A DNA stretch of 62,052 nt, filler included. It is 8 parts of 8 records of this genome, joined end to end, with 100 filler letters (N's around TTAATTAATTAA, not from the genome) between each part and the next. Parts side by side here need not be neighbours in the genome. Positions count along the whole stretch, not along the records: positions 49,347 to 55,339 come from SRR31156797_69153; positions 55,440 to 62,052 come from SRR31156797_69158; 6 more parts are not named here. One strand, written 5' to 3'. The translations under genes were made by a program, and so were the position numbers. The notes beneath the pieces were generated by a model. The model searched no databases. It had not been told where the DNA came from and saw only the letters and a program-made list of their open reading frames with translations. The stretch's first letter is position 1; each line of letters begins with the position of its first letter. Below, in pieces: positions 49,482 to 59,800 of this stretch.

Positions 49482-49973
49482 TCACGCCCCGTCCCCGCTG
49501 TCCGGCGCCCCGGGAGCAGGAAAACGCACCCCCAGCGCCATCAGGGCCTGCTTTCCTCTCAGGGTCAGGTCCGTTGTGAACCGGAACTGCGGGCTGCCAA
49601 CTGATTCAAAAAGGCGCTTGCCTTAACACCGGCATCTGCAGGCAGAACTGTTTCTCCGTTGTCTGCCTGGCGGAAGTGTATCTGCCGGCCGCCTCCATCA
49701 TCTGCCCTCTGGCTCAGCCATCTACCCAGGGAGTGATCGTCAAAGGCTTGGTCTAACACTGCCCCTGGAAACGGGACCGGGACTACCCGTCGTAAATAAG
49801 CCAGGGCCCAGGAGTTGCATCCGATAACACCAGGGCCCGCAGCCTTTGAATTGATGCGCGCCAGGAGTTGGCGGACCAGGGTCAGCCCACGAACATGGCG
49901 CAGATAGGTTTTACCCAGGTCAGGGAGCACCCAGGGGGACATATTCCCACAGCTTCGGTTCTTTCTGGTTCAC
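49482..49973 (-). pseudogene. Deleted, frameshifted remnant of coding sequence
   Basis: GTG-NQKEPKLWEYVPL in one frame, PWVLPDLGKTYLRH...IGCNSWA...FLNQLAARS in another, and QFRFTTDLTLRGKQAL...* after a further shift. Confidence 0.4.
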
Positions 49974-49974
49974 T

Positions 49975-50904
49975 TCATTTCCTTATGTCAAATTCAGGTA
50001 AGTGTTCGTCCGGCGGCCCTTCCGGACTGATCAGGTCTTCTTTGCCGCTTGGCGGATTCAGCCGCTCTGAACAGAATTTACAGAACACCGCGTCAGGATC
50101 ATGGCCATGGGCCATGCAGGCCGGGCAGGCCTGGGTGGAGATTTTTTTCCGGGTGGTATGGCTCAGCTCCGCCGTTACAATACCCGTGGGGACGGCAATA
50201 ATGGAATAGCCAAGGATCATGATCATCGAGGCCAGGCCCTGGCCCAGATTGGTCTTGGGGGAAATATCCCCGTATCCCACGGTGGTCATGGTCACAATGG
50301 CCCAGTAAATGCTCCTGGGAATACTGGTAAAGCCGTTTTCCGCCCCCTCGATGAGGTACATAAGGGAGCCGAAGATCACCACCAGGGTGACAATGGTCAA
50401 AAGAAAAATGGTGATCTTACGGCGACTGGCCAGAAGCGCCCGCATGAGGATAGTGGCTTCTCCCACGTAAGAGGCCAGTTTCAGCACCCTGAAGACCCGG
50501 AGCACCCTTAAGATACGGATCACCAGCATGTATTGGCTTCCCGGCAGGACCAGGCTCAGATAGGTAGGCAGCACCGCCAGGAAGTCCACAAGCCCCAGAA
50601 AACTAAAGGCATAACGCAAAGGCTTTTTCACACAGAAAAGACGCAGCAGGTACTCCAGGCTAAACAGGAGGGTAAATCCCCATTCAATCCCGTATAAAAG
50701 AGGCCCGTAACCGGCCTTTACAATGGCCACACTGTCCAGCATGACTACCAGGACGCTGGAGAGAATGGAGAGGATGAGAATAAGGTCAAACCATTTACCG
50801 GCCCGGGTATCGGCTTCAAAAATGATCTCGTGGAGCCGGTGCCGGATCCTGTGGAACCCATCCTGGGGTTTTATTTCTGACACGGTCTGTTCTCCTTGCT
50901 TCAC
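49975..50904 (-). CDS. 6-TM voltage-gated-type K+ channel (ion transporter) with C-terminal Zn ribbon
   Basis: S4 RILRVLRVFRVLK, filter TTVGYGD, CPAC...CKFC. Confidence 0.92.
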   Translation of the reverse strand: MKQGEQTVSEIKPQDGFHRIRHRLHEIIFEADTRAGKWFDLILILSILSSVLVVMLDSVAIVKAGYGPLLYGIEWGFTLLFSLEYLLRLFCVKKPLRYAFSFLGLVDFLAVLPTYLSLVLPGSQYMLVIRILRVLRVFRVLKLASYVGEATILMRALLASRRKITIFLLTIVTLVVIFGSLMYLIEGAENGFTSIPRSIYWAIVTMTTVGYGDISPKTNLGQGLASMIMILGYSIIAVPTGIVTAELSHTTRKKISTQACPACMAHGHDPDAVFCKFCSERLNPPSGKEDLISPEGPPDEHLPEFDIRK

Positions 50905-51378
50905 CTCTTCGCCCGGGGGCCGGCTTCAAATTTATTTTTGTGAAGCGGTTGAATAATAACTGCTCTATTTCCAATCCCCAGATCCTTCAACCATTTTCGC
51001 ATGACCGGATTCAGGACAACATGCGGGCACAAGGTCAATAATGTCGTTTCTATATTATTATAAATCTCATTTTTCAAGACCCTGTTTTTTGCATTTTTTA
51101 TTTGACAAAATGGACTTTCATCTTCTATATATTCAAAAGGCATTACATATTAGGCCATTCTGACGCTGATTTTAGAATTTTCTTCTTTTAATTCTCTTTT
51201 TTTTACAAAGTTGCTCCTAAGTGAACCCAAGTGCCGTGATGAATATCCATACTTCGGGCTTTAAAATTCAATTCAAGTACCGGTTGTGGTGTTTAACCGG
51301 CGTGGAAGGCATGCGCCTACTGATCCTGCGATAGGTATCAGGTGATATTCTCAACACTAAACAAAGGGAGGTTGAATT

Positions 51379-54300
51379 ATGAAACGCAAAGTTATTTTAA
51401 TTGCAATGCTGTTTGGCTTGCTGGGATCATTTTGCCTGATCTCGCCCATTTCGGCATCGCCCTTTATCCCTCTGGAATGGCAAACGAGGGTAAAATCCGG
51501 CCCATTGGAGGATCAGAGAAAACATGTCAACTGGTCCAGGGATCAAAATGGTGATTTTATTGATGACGCTTTTTCGACACTTAATTATGAAGAAAAAACA
51601 GATGTTATTCTGCAGCTCAGCGATTGTGCAGCCAAGGAGGAACTCGCAAGGCGATTTTCACAGTATGGTGATATAAAGATAATCGGTGAACTTGTGGCCT
51701 ACGTTTATCTGGCAAATGTGGAAGCAAAAAATTTGGAGGCACTGGCCAAAGATCCTTATGTGGCTGCAGTGGAAAAACCGGTTGAACTTATGACAGACCT
51801 TGACACCAGCACACGCACAGTCCGGGCAAGAGCAAGTAACACATACTCTCCGGAATCTTTTGCCGAAGCGTTTGGATATGATGGCACCGGAATAAACATC
51901 GCTGTGATGGATACTGGCGTGGATGATACACATATCGGCCTGGCTGGAAAATATGTCGCCGGCTATAACGGGGTGACCGATACTGTAGGAAATCCGGTGG
52001 ATGACAACAGATATGTCGGCAGTGGTGCCGACGGCATCTGTGACACCACAGCCATAATGGACGATGTGCAGGTTGTGCCTGTCGGCCAGGGTGCGCCGGA
52101 TACCGTCTGCGTCTGGGACGGCGGCGACGGCTTCACGACAGTGCCGGCTGGAGATGATACGATATACTTCAATGTTATCCTGACCGGGGCCGACGGCATA
52201 TGCGACACTGCTGCGGCAGCCGGGGACGTTCAGATCATCGCGGTAGGGAGGGGCCAGGCCAACCGGGGATGTATTTCCTTCGGGCCCAACAGGACAGTGG
52301 ATACAGCGCCGGTATTTGACGACTCGGTCAGAGGGGCACGTCACGGCAGTCATGTCGCCGGCATTGCCATGGGACTGGGAACCGGGACGGGCTGCGGCCC
52401 CGCCGATGACGGATCCACACCTAATAATTGTGAGGGGATGGCTCCCGACGCAGGGCTGATTGATGTCAAGGTATTGGCTTTTGATGGTGTTGGCAGTGAA
52501 GAAAGTATGCTCAGGGGTATTGAATGGATATGGTCAGACGGTCGGGCGAATGTCCTCAATCTCAGTATTGGCACCTCCTCCGAAGACGATGGTACCAGCA
52601 CCCTTTCCAAAGCATTGAATGCATTGGTGGCCAATGATATCTCGGTGGCCACGTCTTCGGGCAATACCGGAGATCAGAGAATTGACCACACCGGGGCGGC
52701 CGAATTGGTCGTGACAGTGGGAAGTTCTGATGATAGTGGATCGGTTGACCGGGACGACGATACCATGAGTTTTTTCTCCACGTTCGGCCCCAGGGTGGAT
52801 ATGGACGTGACCGATCCCACCCTGGGAATGTTCAAACCGGACCTTGTGGCTCCGGGAAGCAGTATCGGGTCTGTGGACGGGAACTCAGGTAATGGCTACC
52901 ACACCATTTCAGGTACATCCATGTCTTCGCCCCACGTTGCCGGTGCAATGGCGCTCCTTCTGGATATGCGCTCCGACCTGCCGCCGGGGGCTTTAAAAGA
53001 CCTTCTCCTTCGTTCTGCATACGAGACCCCTGCCCACGCAACGGCCGGTGCTTCTTTTCCCGCCCTGGACGCTGTCTGGAACGATAATTGGGGCAAAGGG
53101 CTGCTTGATGTATTCGAGGCCGGCTCTTTACTGGCAGACGGAATCACCGATCTGTCTTTTACCGACTGTACCGGCCCGCATCCCGATTACCCGGACAACC
53201 GCCGCTGTTTACTCAGCGGGGGTAAACCCTCTTATGCCAATAATGTGGATATTACCCTTGCCACGGATCCCCCTATACAGGAAGTCCCCAATACCATAAA
53301 CATCAGAGTAGAAAACCGGGGGACATCCACGGCAGAAAGGATCGTCGTAAGTGTCGGGGTAAAAGATTTTGCTGTAGGAGTTCTGGAATTCTACGATGTG
53401 GGCAGCCGGGAAGTGGCATCACTGGGGCCCGGGGCGTCTACCATTGTCAGTTTCCCATGGACGCCTTCAGCCTCGAGTCATCAGTGTATTCAGGCAACAA
53501 TTGATTACGGGTTTGATACCGAGTTTGCCAATAACCTGACCCAGCGAAACGTGGCCCCAATCACCGGTGCCTCTCCGTCAAAAGCCACATTCAGGGTAGA
53601 GAATCCGCTTCAGGAAGAGGCGGACATTATTCTGCAGGTCAAGCTTGATGAACGGGCCAAAAAAATTCTGGAGGATGTCAATATTGAAGGGATTCCCATT
53701 GGCAAGCCCCTTACAATGCAGCCGGGAGACTGTCCCGTTATCGGCGAAATTGAGTTTATTCCCAACGGGAACCTGCCGGTGGGAACCGAAGGGATGGTTG
53801 ACGTAGCAGCCAGGGCATATTCAGAGCATCACCAGGAAGGCCTGGAGCTCAGCGGCGTGGTATTCCATTACCAAACAGTGGCCGCAGGCCTGCAATATGC
53901 GTATACTTGTGCGGACCACAGGGATTCCGGTGAATTATGCATCCCCCTGGCCCTTGCCGGCAGACCCACCTCGGACCCCCGCAGGCGGGTAGAAAAAGTC
54001 AAGGCGGTTTTCAATGTCTCTGTCCAGCCGAACCCGAAACTTACCTTGGAGGAGTCCATTAAAATTTCAGCACATGACGGCAGTAAAGTCCCGCCTTTTC
54101 AGGCATTTTTTGACAATGGTGAAAATTCCGGTAATGAGTTGATCATTTTGTTTGAAGACCCTCTGCCGGATGAGGAAAGATACACTTTTGATTTTTCAAG
54201 ATTGGAGGATCTGGACGGTGATCCCTTGACAGGTGATCCTGACTTTGACCTGCGTGTGGTACAGGCAGATGCCAATAACAGCGGCTCAGTAACCGGAGCT

Positions 54301-54441
54301 GATGTTTCCTATGTAAGAGGGCGGATCAATCAGCCGGTAGAATACGGCCCAACCTCCCGTTCCGACGGAAACATGACCGGAACACTTACCGGCTCTGATA
54401 TCAGCTACATTCGTGGAAGGATAGGGCACAGTGCACCTTGA
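51379..54441 (+). CDS. Secreted S8 subtilase with CARDB/Ig-like domains and C-terminal dockerin
   Basis: Signal peptide, propeptide, triad IAVMDTGVD / HGSHVAG / GTSMSSPHVAG, oxyanion SGN; duplicated Ca-loop DANNSGSVTGAD...DGNMTGTLTGSD at the C-terminus. Confidence 0.9.
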   Translation: MKRKVILIAMLFGLLGSFCLISPISASPFIPLEWQTRVKSGPLEDQRKHVNWSRDQNGDFIDDAFSTLNYEEKTDVILQLSDCAAKEELARRFSQYGDIKIIGELVAYVYLANVEAKNLEALAKDPYVAAVEKPVELMTDLDTSTRTVRARASNTYSPESFAEAFGYDGTGINIAVMDTGVDDTHIGLAGKYVAGYNGVTDTVGNPVDDNRYVGSGADGICDTTAIMDDVQVVPVGQGAPDTVCVWDGGDGFTTVPAGDDTIYFNVILTGADGICDTAAAAGDVQIIAVGRGQANRGCISFGPNRTVDTAPVFDDSVRGARHGSHVAGIAMGLGTGTGCGPADDGSTPNNCEGMAPDAGLIDVKVLAFDGVGSEESMLRGIEWIWSDGRANVLNLSIGTSSEDDGTSTLSKALNALVANDISVATSSGNTGDQRIDHTGAAELVVTVGSSDDSGSVDRDDDTMSFFSTFGPRVDMDVTDPTLGMFKPDLVAPGSSIGSVDGNSGNGYHTISGTSMSSPHVAGAMALLLDMRSDLPPGALKDLLLRSAYETPAHATAGASFPALDAVWNDNWGKGLLDVFEAGSLLADGITDLSFTDCTGPHPDYPDNRRCLLSGGKPSYANNVDITLATDPPIQEVPNTINIRVENRGTSTAERIVVSVGVKDFAVGVLEFYDVGSREVASLGPGASTIVSFPWTPSASSHQCIQATIDYGFDTEFANNLTQRNVAPITGASPSKATFRVENPLQEEADIILQVKLDERAKKILEDVNIEGIPIGKPLTMQPGDCPVIGEIEFIPNGNLPVGTEGMVDVAARAYSEHHQEGLELSGVVFHYQTVAAGLQYAYTCADHRDSGELCIPLALAGRPTSDPRRRVEKVKAVFNVSVQPNPKLTLEESIKISAHDGSKVPPFQAFFDNGENSGNELIILFEDPLPDEERYTFDFSRLEDLDGDPLTGDPDFDLRVVQADANNSGSVTGADVSYVRGRINQPVEYGPTSRSDGNMTGTLTGSDISYIRGRIGHSAP
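52024..52323 (+). repeat. Tandem 54-aa Cys/Asp-rich repeat (2 copies) inside the S8 domain
   Basis: GADGICDTTAIMDDVQVVPVGQG...C...GDD at 52024 and GADGICDTAAAAGDVQIIAVGRG...C...FDD at 52186 (162-nt period). Confidence 0.8.
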
Positions 54442-54478
54442 TCACTATAAATCAAAAATTAAACAAGGAGAATCAAAA

Positions 54479-55162
54479 ATGAAACTAAAAAGCAAAGCGA
54501 CGGCATGTTTAACTGGTGGTATACTGATCCTTATGTTTGTATTGGCCGGCGTAAATCAGGCATTTGGCGCAGTGACATTTTCTCTTTTTAAGTCAGGTAC
54601 TTCAGACACTTCGGTTACCGTATCTGCGGGGGGGGATTTCATGATGGATGTAGTGGCGGATAATATGACGGCTGAAGGTTCTGCTTTAGCTGAACTGGAT
54701 GCATTCACCTACCGGATCAATTTCCCCAATGAAGCGTTTACACTAGTGACTAATAATTTTGGCCCTCCATTTGATAATGGCCAGGTTCCCGCAGGGTTTA
54801 ACGGCAGTGTTCCGTGGGCAGACGGGGCTTCTATTCCCATTTTAAACGGAGTGGATGCAGGATCACCCGGTGCCACTCCGTTGATCGCCGATCTGTACCG
54901 TACAACGGCATCCGAGGCAGGCACGCCGGCAAAAGGAAGCGTCGTGATTGAAACTCTGGAACTGCTGGCCCCCCTTAGCTTGGGGAATTATATGATCAGC
55001 ATGGATATTATTGAGGCCGTGGATACCATGGGAGAATTTCATACAGCAGAATTCTCAATGGATTTTAAAGTGAATGTTGTACCTCTGCCTTCGACGGGCG
55101 GCCTGTTGGCCATGGGATTATTAGGACTTGTATATTTTCAACGCAAGAAATACAACTTCTAA
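54479..55162 (+). CDS. Cohesin-like domain protein with PEP-CTERM (VPLP) sorting signal
   Basis: RBS AAGGAG, signal peptide, beta-sandwich pattern TVSAGGDFMMDV / LDAFTYRINF / GSVVIETLEL / GNYMISM / VDTMGE; C-terminus VPLPSTGGLLAMGLLGLVYFQRKK. Confidence 0.75.
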   Translation: MKLKSKATACLTGGILILMFVLAGVNQAFGAVTFSLFKSGTSDTSVTVSAGGDFMMDVVADNMTAEGSALAELDAFTYRINFPNEAFTLVTNNFGPPFDNGQVPAGFNGSVPWADGASIPILNGVDAGSPGATPLIADLYRTTASEAGTPAKGSVVIETLELLAPLSLGNYMISMDIIEAVDTMGEFHTAEFSMDFKVNVVPLPSTGGLLAMGLLGLVYFQRKKYNF

Positions 55163-55187
55163 TAGCTGGCTATACCTGCTGAGATTT

Positions 55188-55218
55188 AAATGCGGTCCCG
55201 CCATGGGGCCGCATTTTT
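55188..55218 (+). terminator. Terminator closing the protease-cohesin operon
   Basis: AAATGCGGTCCC-GCCAT-GGGGCCGCATTTTT. Confidence 0.8.
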
Positions 55219-55439
55219 CTTTCTTTAGGGTTGTCTTTAGCTCCAGAACCGTTTTGACATCGAAGCTCCTGGTGAACACGGTCCCAACATGTTGGGGCTG
55301 TGTTTAACTAGTGCCTGAACGAAAACCTGGAAATTTTAANNNNNNNNNNNNNNNNNNNNNNNNNNNNNNNNNNNNNNNNNNNNTTAATTAATTAANNNNN
55401 NNNNNNNNNNNNNNNNNNNNNNNNNNNNNNNNNNNNNNN

Positions 55440-55494
55440 CCACGATATCGTGGTTGTCCTCAACGATCACCCCCCTGACTTGTTCCATATTCAT
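55440..55494 (-). CDS. Start of a probable response regulator (fragment)
   Basis: MNMEQVRGVIVEDNHDIV overlapping the end of the TolC gene; cut by the contig edge. Confidence 0.4.
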
Positions 55495-56818
55495 CCCATT
55501 TCTCGAGGTTCTTTCCTGTGTAATAATCCAGCTGTTCCAGGGCCAGCACCAGGGAGACCCGGGCCTTGGCAAGTTCCCCCCGGCTTGCCACCAGGGTGTT
55601 CTGGGCCTCGTTAAGCCGCACCAGGGAAACCTGGCCCGCCCGGTACTCCTTTTCCACAAGATCCCGGGTCCGGGTCACCAGGACAACATTTTCCTCCTGA
55701 AGCGCGAGCTGTTCCCCGGCGGAAACCACCTTGGTAAACGACGCCCGGACATCGGATATGGCATCAATCCGGACTTTTTCAAGCGCCTTCTCCTTTTCCC
55801 GTTTACCCGACCGGGCCTGGCTCACCTTGGACCGGGTGGCGCCCCCGGCAAAGAGGTTGAAATTCATGGTAATCCCCAGGCTGGCCCCCAGTTCATCCCG
55901 GTCTCCCACCTCGTCCCAGGCGCCATCGGAGCCATAGGCGCCGGTGAGGGTGAGCTCGGGATAGAAACCGGATTTCGCCTTTTCCACCTCGGCGTCCGCC
56001 TGTTCAAGGGCCAGTCGGTCCTGTTTCAGGTCGGGCCGATTCTCCAGGGCGGCCGCGATCCGGGCCTCCGGATCAAGGGGCATGGCGTCCCTGTCCGGGT
56101 TCAGCCCTTCAATCTCGATGCTGTCCACATCCCCGGGGATGGTCTCGCCCATGAGGGCGTACAGGGCAAAGAGGGCTTCCCGAAAGGTCTGTTTTGCCTC
56201 GATCAGGGAGGCCCGGGCCGAATTGACCCGGATTTCAAAGTTCATGTGATCGCTCAACGACCCGGTGCCGGCCTTGAGTTTGGCCTCGGCCTCCCGTGCC
56301 AGGGCAGTATTGTATGCCATGTCCGACCGGGCAATGGCCATGTTCTCCCGGGCCAGCTGAAGGTTGAGAAAGCCCTGGGAGACGTTCCAGAGCAGCAGCC
56401 GCCTTGCCTCCTGTTCCCCTTCCCGGCTCATCTTCACCCCCGTCCTGGCGGAAAGGGTTGAATATCGGGTCAGGAACCCGTTGAACAGCACCTGGGTGAC
56501 GGAAAGGCGGTTGGCGTACTGGTTCTCGTCAACCGCCGGGCTCCCCTCCCCGGTGGCTTCGGTATACTGCCAGGAGGCGGTATGGGAAATGGAGGGAAGA
56601 TATGCGGCCCGGGCCTGGTTGACAAGCTCCAGGGCCTGGCGGGTCCGCTCTTTTGCCGCATCCAGGTCCGGATTGTTCAAGAGCGCCGTGGCCTTTGCCC
56701 CTTCCAGGGTGAGCACCCGGTTTTCTTCGGTTGCCCCAGTGGCAGCGGCAGAGGCAGCGGCAAAACCGGTAACGGATAAAACAAGGGTCAATACAACACT
56801 TACGATAAACTTTTTCAT
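55460..56818 (-). CDS. TolC-family outer-membrane efflux protein
   Basis: ALLNNPDL, ARAAYLPSI, ALENRPDL, KSGFYPEL, YRAGQVSLVRLNEAQ. Confidence 0.92.
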   Translation of the reverse strand: MKKFIVSVVLTLVLSVTGFAAASAAATGATEENRVLTLEGAKATALLNNPDLDAAKERTRQALELVNQARAAYLPSISHTASWQYTEATGEGSPAVDENQYANRLSVTQVLFNGFLTRYSTLSARTGVKMSREGEQEARRLLLWNVSQGFLNLQLARENMAIARSDMAYNTALAREAEAKLKAGTGSLSDHMNFEIRVNSARASLIEAKQTFREALFALYALMGETIPGDVDSIEIEGLNPDRDAMPLDPEARIAAALENRPDLKQDRLALEQADAEVEKAKSGFYPELTLTGAYGSDGAWDEVGDRDELGASLGITMNFNLFAGGATRSKVSQARSGKREKEKALEKVRIDAISDVRASFTKVVSAGEQLALQEENVVLVTRTRDLVEKEYRAGQVSLVRLNEAQNTLVASRGELAKARVSLVLALEQLDYYTGKNLEKWDEYGTSQGGDR

Positions 56819-59800
56819 GCACCTTCTCCCGGGACGGTCTCCCCCGGCGCGAACCGGGGGACCAGCCCCTGGTTGCGGGTAAACGCCGGTTCCAGGGCCT
56901 CCCGTGTGACATCCCGCCTGCCGGAAAGCCTTGCTCCGGCCAGGCGCAGATCGTTGATAATGGTAAAGAAACAGGGAATGAGCACCAGGGTCAGCACCGT
57001 TGCAAAGGCCACCCCAAAGGCAAGGGAGATGCCCATGGGCACCAGCTGCCGGGCATACTGGCTCGTCTCCGTGATCAGGGGCAGCAGGCCCCCCACCGTG
57101 CTGATGGAGGTGAGCATCACCGCCCTGAACCGGCGCACGCCGCCCTGGAACAGGGCCTCGTAAAACGCCATGCCTTGTGCCAGGTTCATGTTGATCCGCT
57201 CCATGAGCACGATGGCATCGTTGACCACCACGCCGATGAGGGCCACCATGCCGAACACGCTCAAAAGGGAGAGCATCTCGCCCATGGCAAAATGGCCCAG
57301 CACCGCGCCCACAAGGCCGAAGGGAACCGTGACAAGCACCACCAGGGGCTGGACATAGGAGCGGAACATGGTGGCGATGATCAAAAACATCCCCATGACG
57401 GCAATGGGCACCCAGAGATAGAGGCTTGAAAACGACTCCTGTGACCGTTTGGCATCCCCTTCAAAGGAGATGGTGATGCCGGGATATTTGGCCTTGAGCG
57501 CCGGAAAAAAATCCCGGTTCAATTGATCGATCACATCCCCCGCCACAACAACGGCGGTATTCACCTCCGCACTCACCATCACCTGGCGCCGGCCGTCCTT
57601 CCGGGTGATGGAGGAGAACCCGGGCCCATAGGCAACATCCGCCACACTGGACAAGGGCACTTGGGCGCCGGTACCGGTCCGGACCATGAAATCCCTGATA
57701 CTTGCAAGGCTTGCCCGCTCGGATGCCGTCAGCCTTACATTGACCTCCACCTCGTTGTCTCCCCGCTGCACTTTCATGGCTTCCGCGCCATAGAAGCCCC
57801 CGTACACCTGGGCGGCAAGATCGGTCACCGTCAGGCCCAGGTGTTCGGCCCCGGATTTGAGGGAAAACTTGAACTCGTTTTTCCCGGGGGCGTTGTCCGA
57901 GAAGACCTGGGTCACCCCCTGGATCTGCCTGAGCCGTGCCATGGTCTCGTCGGCGGCCCCTGAGATCCCGGAAAGGGAATCTCCCCGGAAGCAGATCTCC
58001 AGGGGAGCGCCCGGGGGACCGCCACCGGAGGCGGTGAACTCCAGGGTCTGCACCCCGGCAAGGTCGCCGGCTTCCTCTTCCCAGGCCCGGATGAACCCTT
58101 CGGAATGAATTCCGCTGATGTCCGGGTCCAGAAGCGTCACCCGCACGCCCCCCACATGGGGCTGGCCCGTCTCCACCGCCCCGGCTTTCTCCCCGGCGGC
58201 CTGGCCCACGGTTGAAAGAATGTTGACGATGAGCTCTCCGCCCGTGGGAACGGAGAACCGTTGGGCCGCCCGTTCGGCCGCACCGACCACACGGGCAACG
58301 GCCCGTTCCGTGACCCCATGGGGAGTGCCTTCGGGAAATTCAATGACGCTGGTGACAATGGAGGAAGCGGACTTGGGGAACACATTGAACCGGATGAACC
58401 CGCCCCGGACGAGCCCTGCGCACATAAGCAGCATCACCATGGCCACACACACGGCCACATACCGCATCCCCACCACCCGCTTCAAGAGGGGCAGATAGAT
58501 CCGTTGCGCCATCCAATCCATGCTGTTCACCGTCATCCGGTGGAACCGGTCCACAAAAGCAAAAAACCGGTTCTTTGGTCCGGCGTCCCCGGTCTTGAGA
58601 TCGGAAAGGTGGGCCGGCAGCACCAGGACGCACTCCACAAGGGAAATGACCAAACACCCGATCACCGCCGTGGGCAGAGCAATGATGAACTTTCCCATCA
58701 CCCCGTCGATATGGTAGAGGGGAATGAACGCCACAATGGTTGTCAGGATGGAGGCAAGCACGGGCAGGCCCACCTCGGACACGCCGTTGACCACCGCCAT
58801 TGCAGGCGAATCCCCGTTCTTCCGGCGCACAAAGATCGCCTCCCCCACCACAATGGCGTCATCGGCCACGATGCCCAACACCATGATGAGACCGAACAGG
58901 GTGATCTTGTTCAGGGAAATCCCGGCAAAGTGGACAATGGCAAGGCCCCCCAGGAGGGAGGTGGGAATGCCCATGCCCACCCAGAAGGAAATGGTGGTGT
59001 CCATGAAGAGCCACAGGAGGAGAAACACCATGACAAGCCCCAGAAGGGCGTTGTTGACAAGGGTGTTCAGGCTTGCCCGGATGCCTTCGGTGTTGTCGGA
59101 CAGGATCATGATCCCGGCGCCCTCCGGAAGGGTGCGCTGCTTCTCCCGCTGGAACCGGATCACCCGGTCGGCGATCTCGATGGTGTCCTCCTCCCCGGCC
59201 AGCACATTGATCAGCACCCCGGGCGCGCCGTTCACCGCCATGGACAGGGTGTTCTCGGTAAACCCGTCCCGGATGTCGGCGATCTCTCCCAAGGTCACCG
59301 TCTCCCCCCGGGGGCCGGTGACCACCTTGATCCCGGCAAACTCCTTGCCGGTATAGCGCCGGCCAACTGTTCGGACCCGGATCTCTTCGGCATCGGTCTT
59401 GATGGTTCCGCCGGACCGGTTTTGGCTTGCGTCGGCAATGATTTGGGCAATCCCGGCAATGGTGAGGTCGTACTTGAGAAGGGTGGCCTGGGAGACTTCA
59501 ATGGAGATCTCATAGGCCCGGGTGCCCGAGACCTCGGCCCGGCTCACCCCGTCAATGGCCTGGAGCTCCTGCTTGACCGATTCGGCCCACTCCTTGAGCC
59601 GTGCCTCGGGCATGTCGCCGGTCAGGGCAAGGCTGATGACACCCTTTTCGATCTGGGGCCTTACCACGGACGGGGTCTCGGCATCCTCGGGAAAGGTGGT
59701 GATGGCATCCACCTCGTTCCTCACCCGGTCCAGGAGCACGTTGGGATCATGCCCGTCGGTCACGGTGATGGTGGTGGTGGAGATCCCTTCGGCAGAGGTG

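Noticed and set aside
55276-55339. Hairpin plus CTAG-TGCCTGAACGAAAACC at the contig end, possible IS terminus
   Set aside because: Only about 30 nt, with no transposase or partner inverted repeat visible.
5385-55439. Seven N44-TTAATTAATTAA-N44 blocks
   Set aside because: Artificial contig linkers with stops in all six frames. ORFs ending in LIN or containing X are artefacts, and cross-gap synteny is meaningless.
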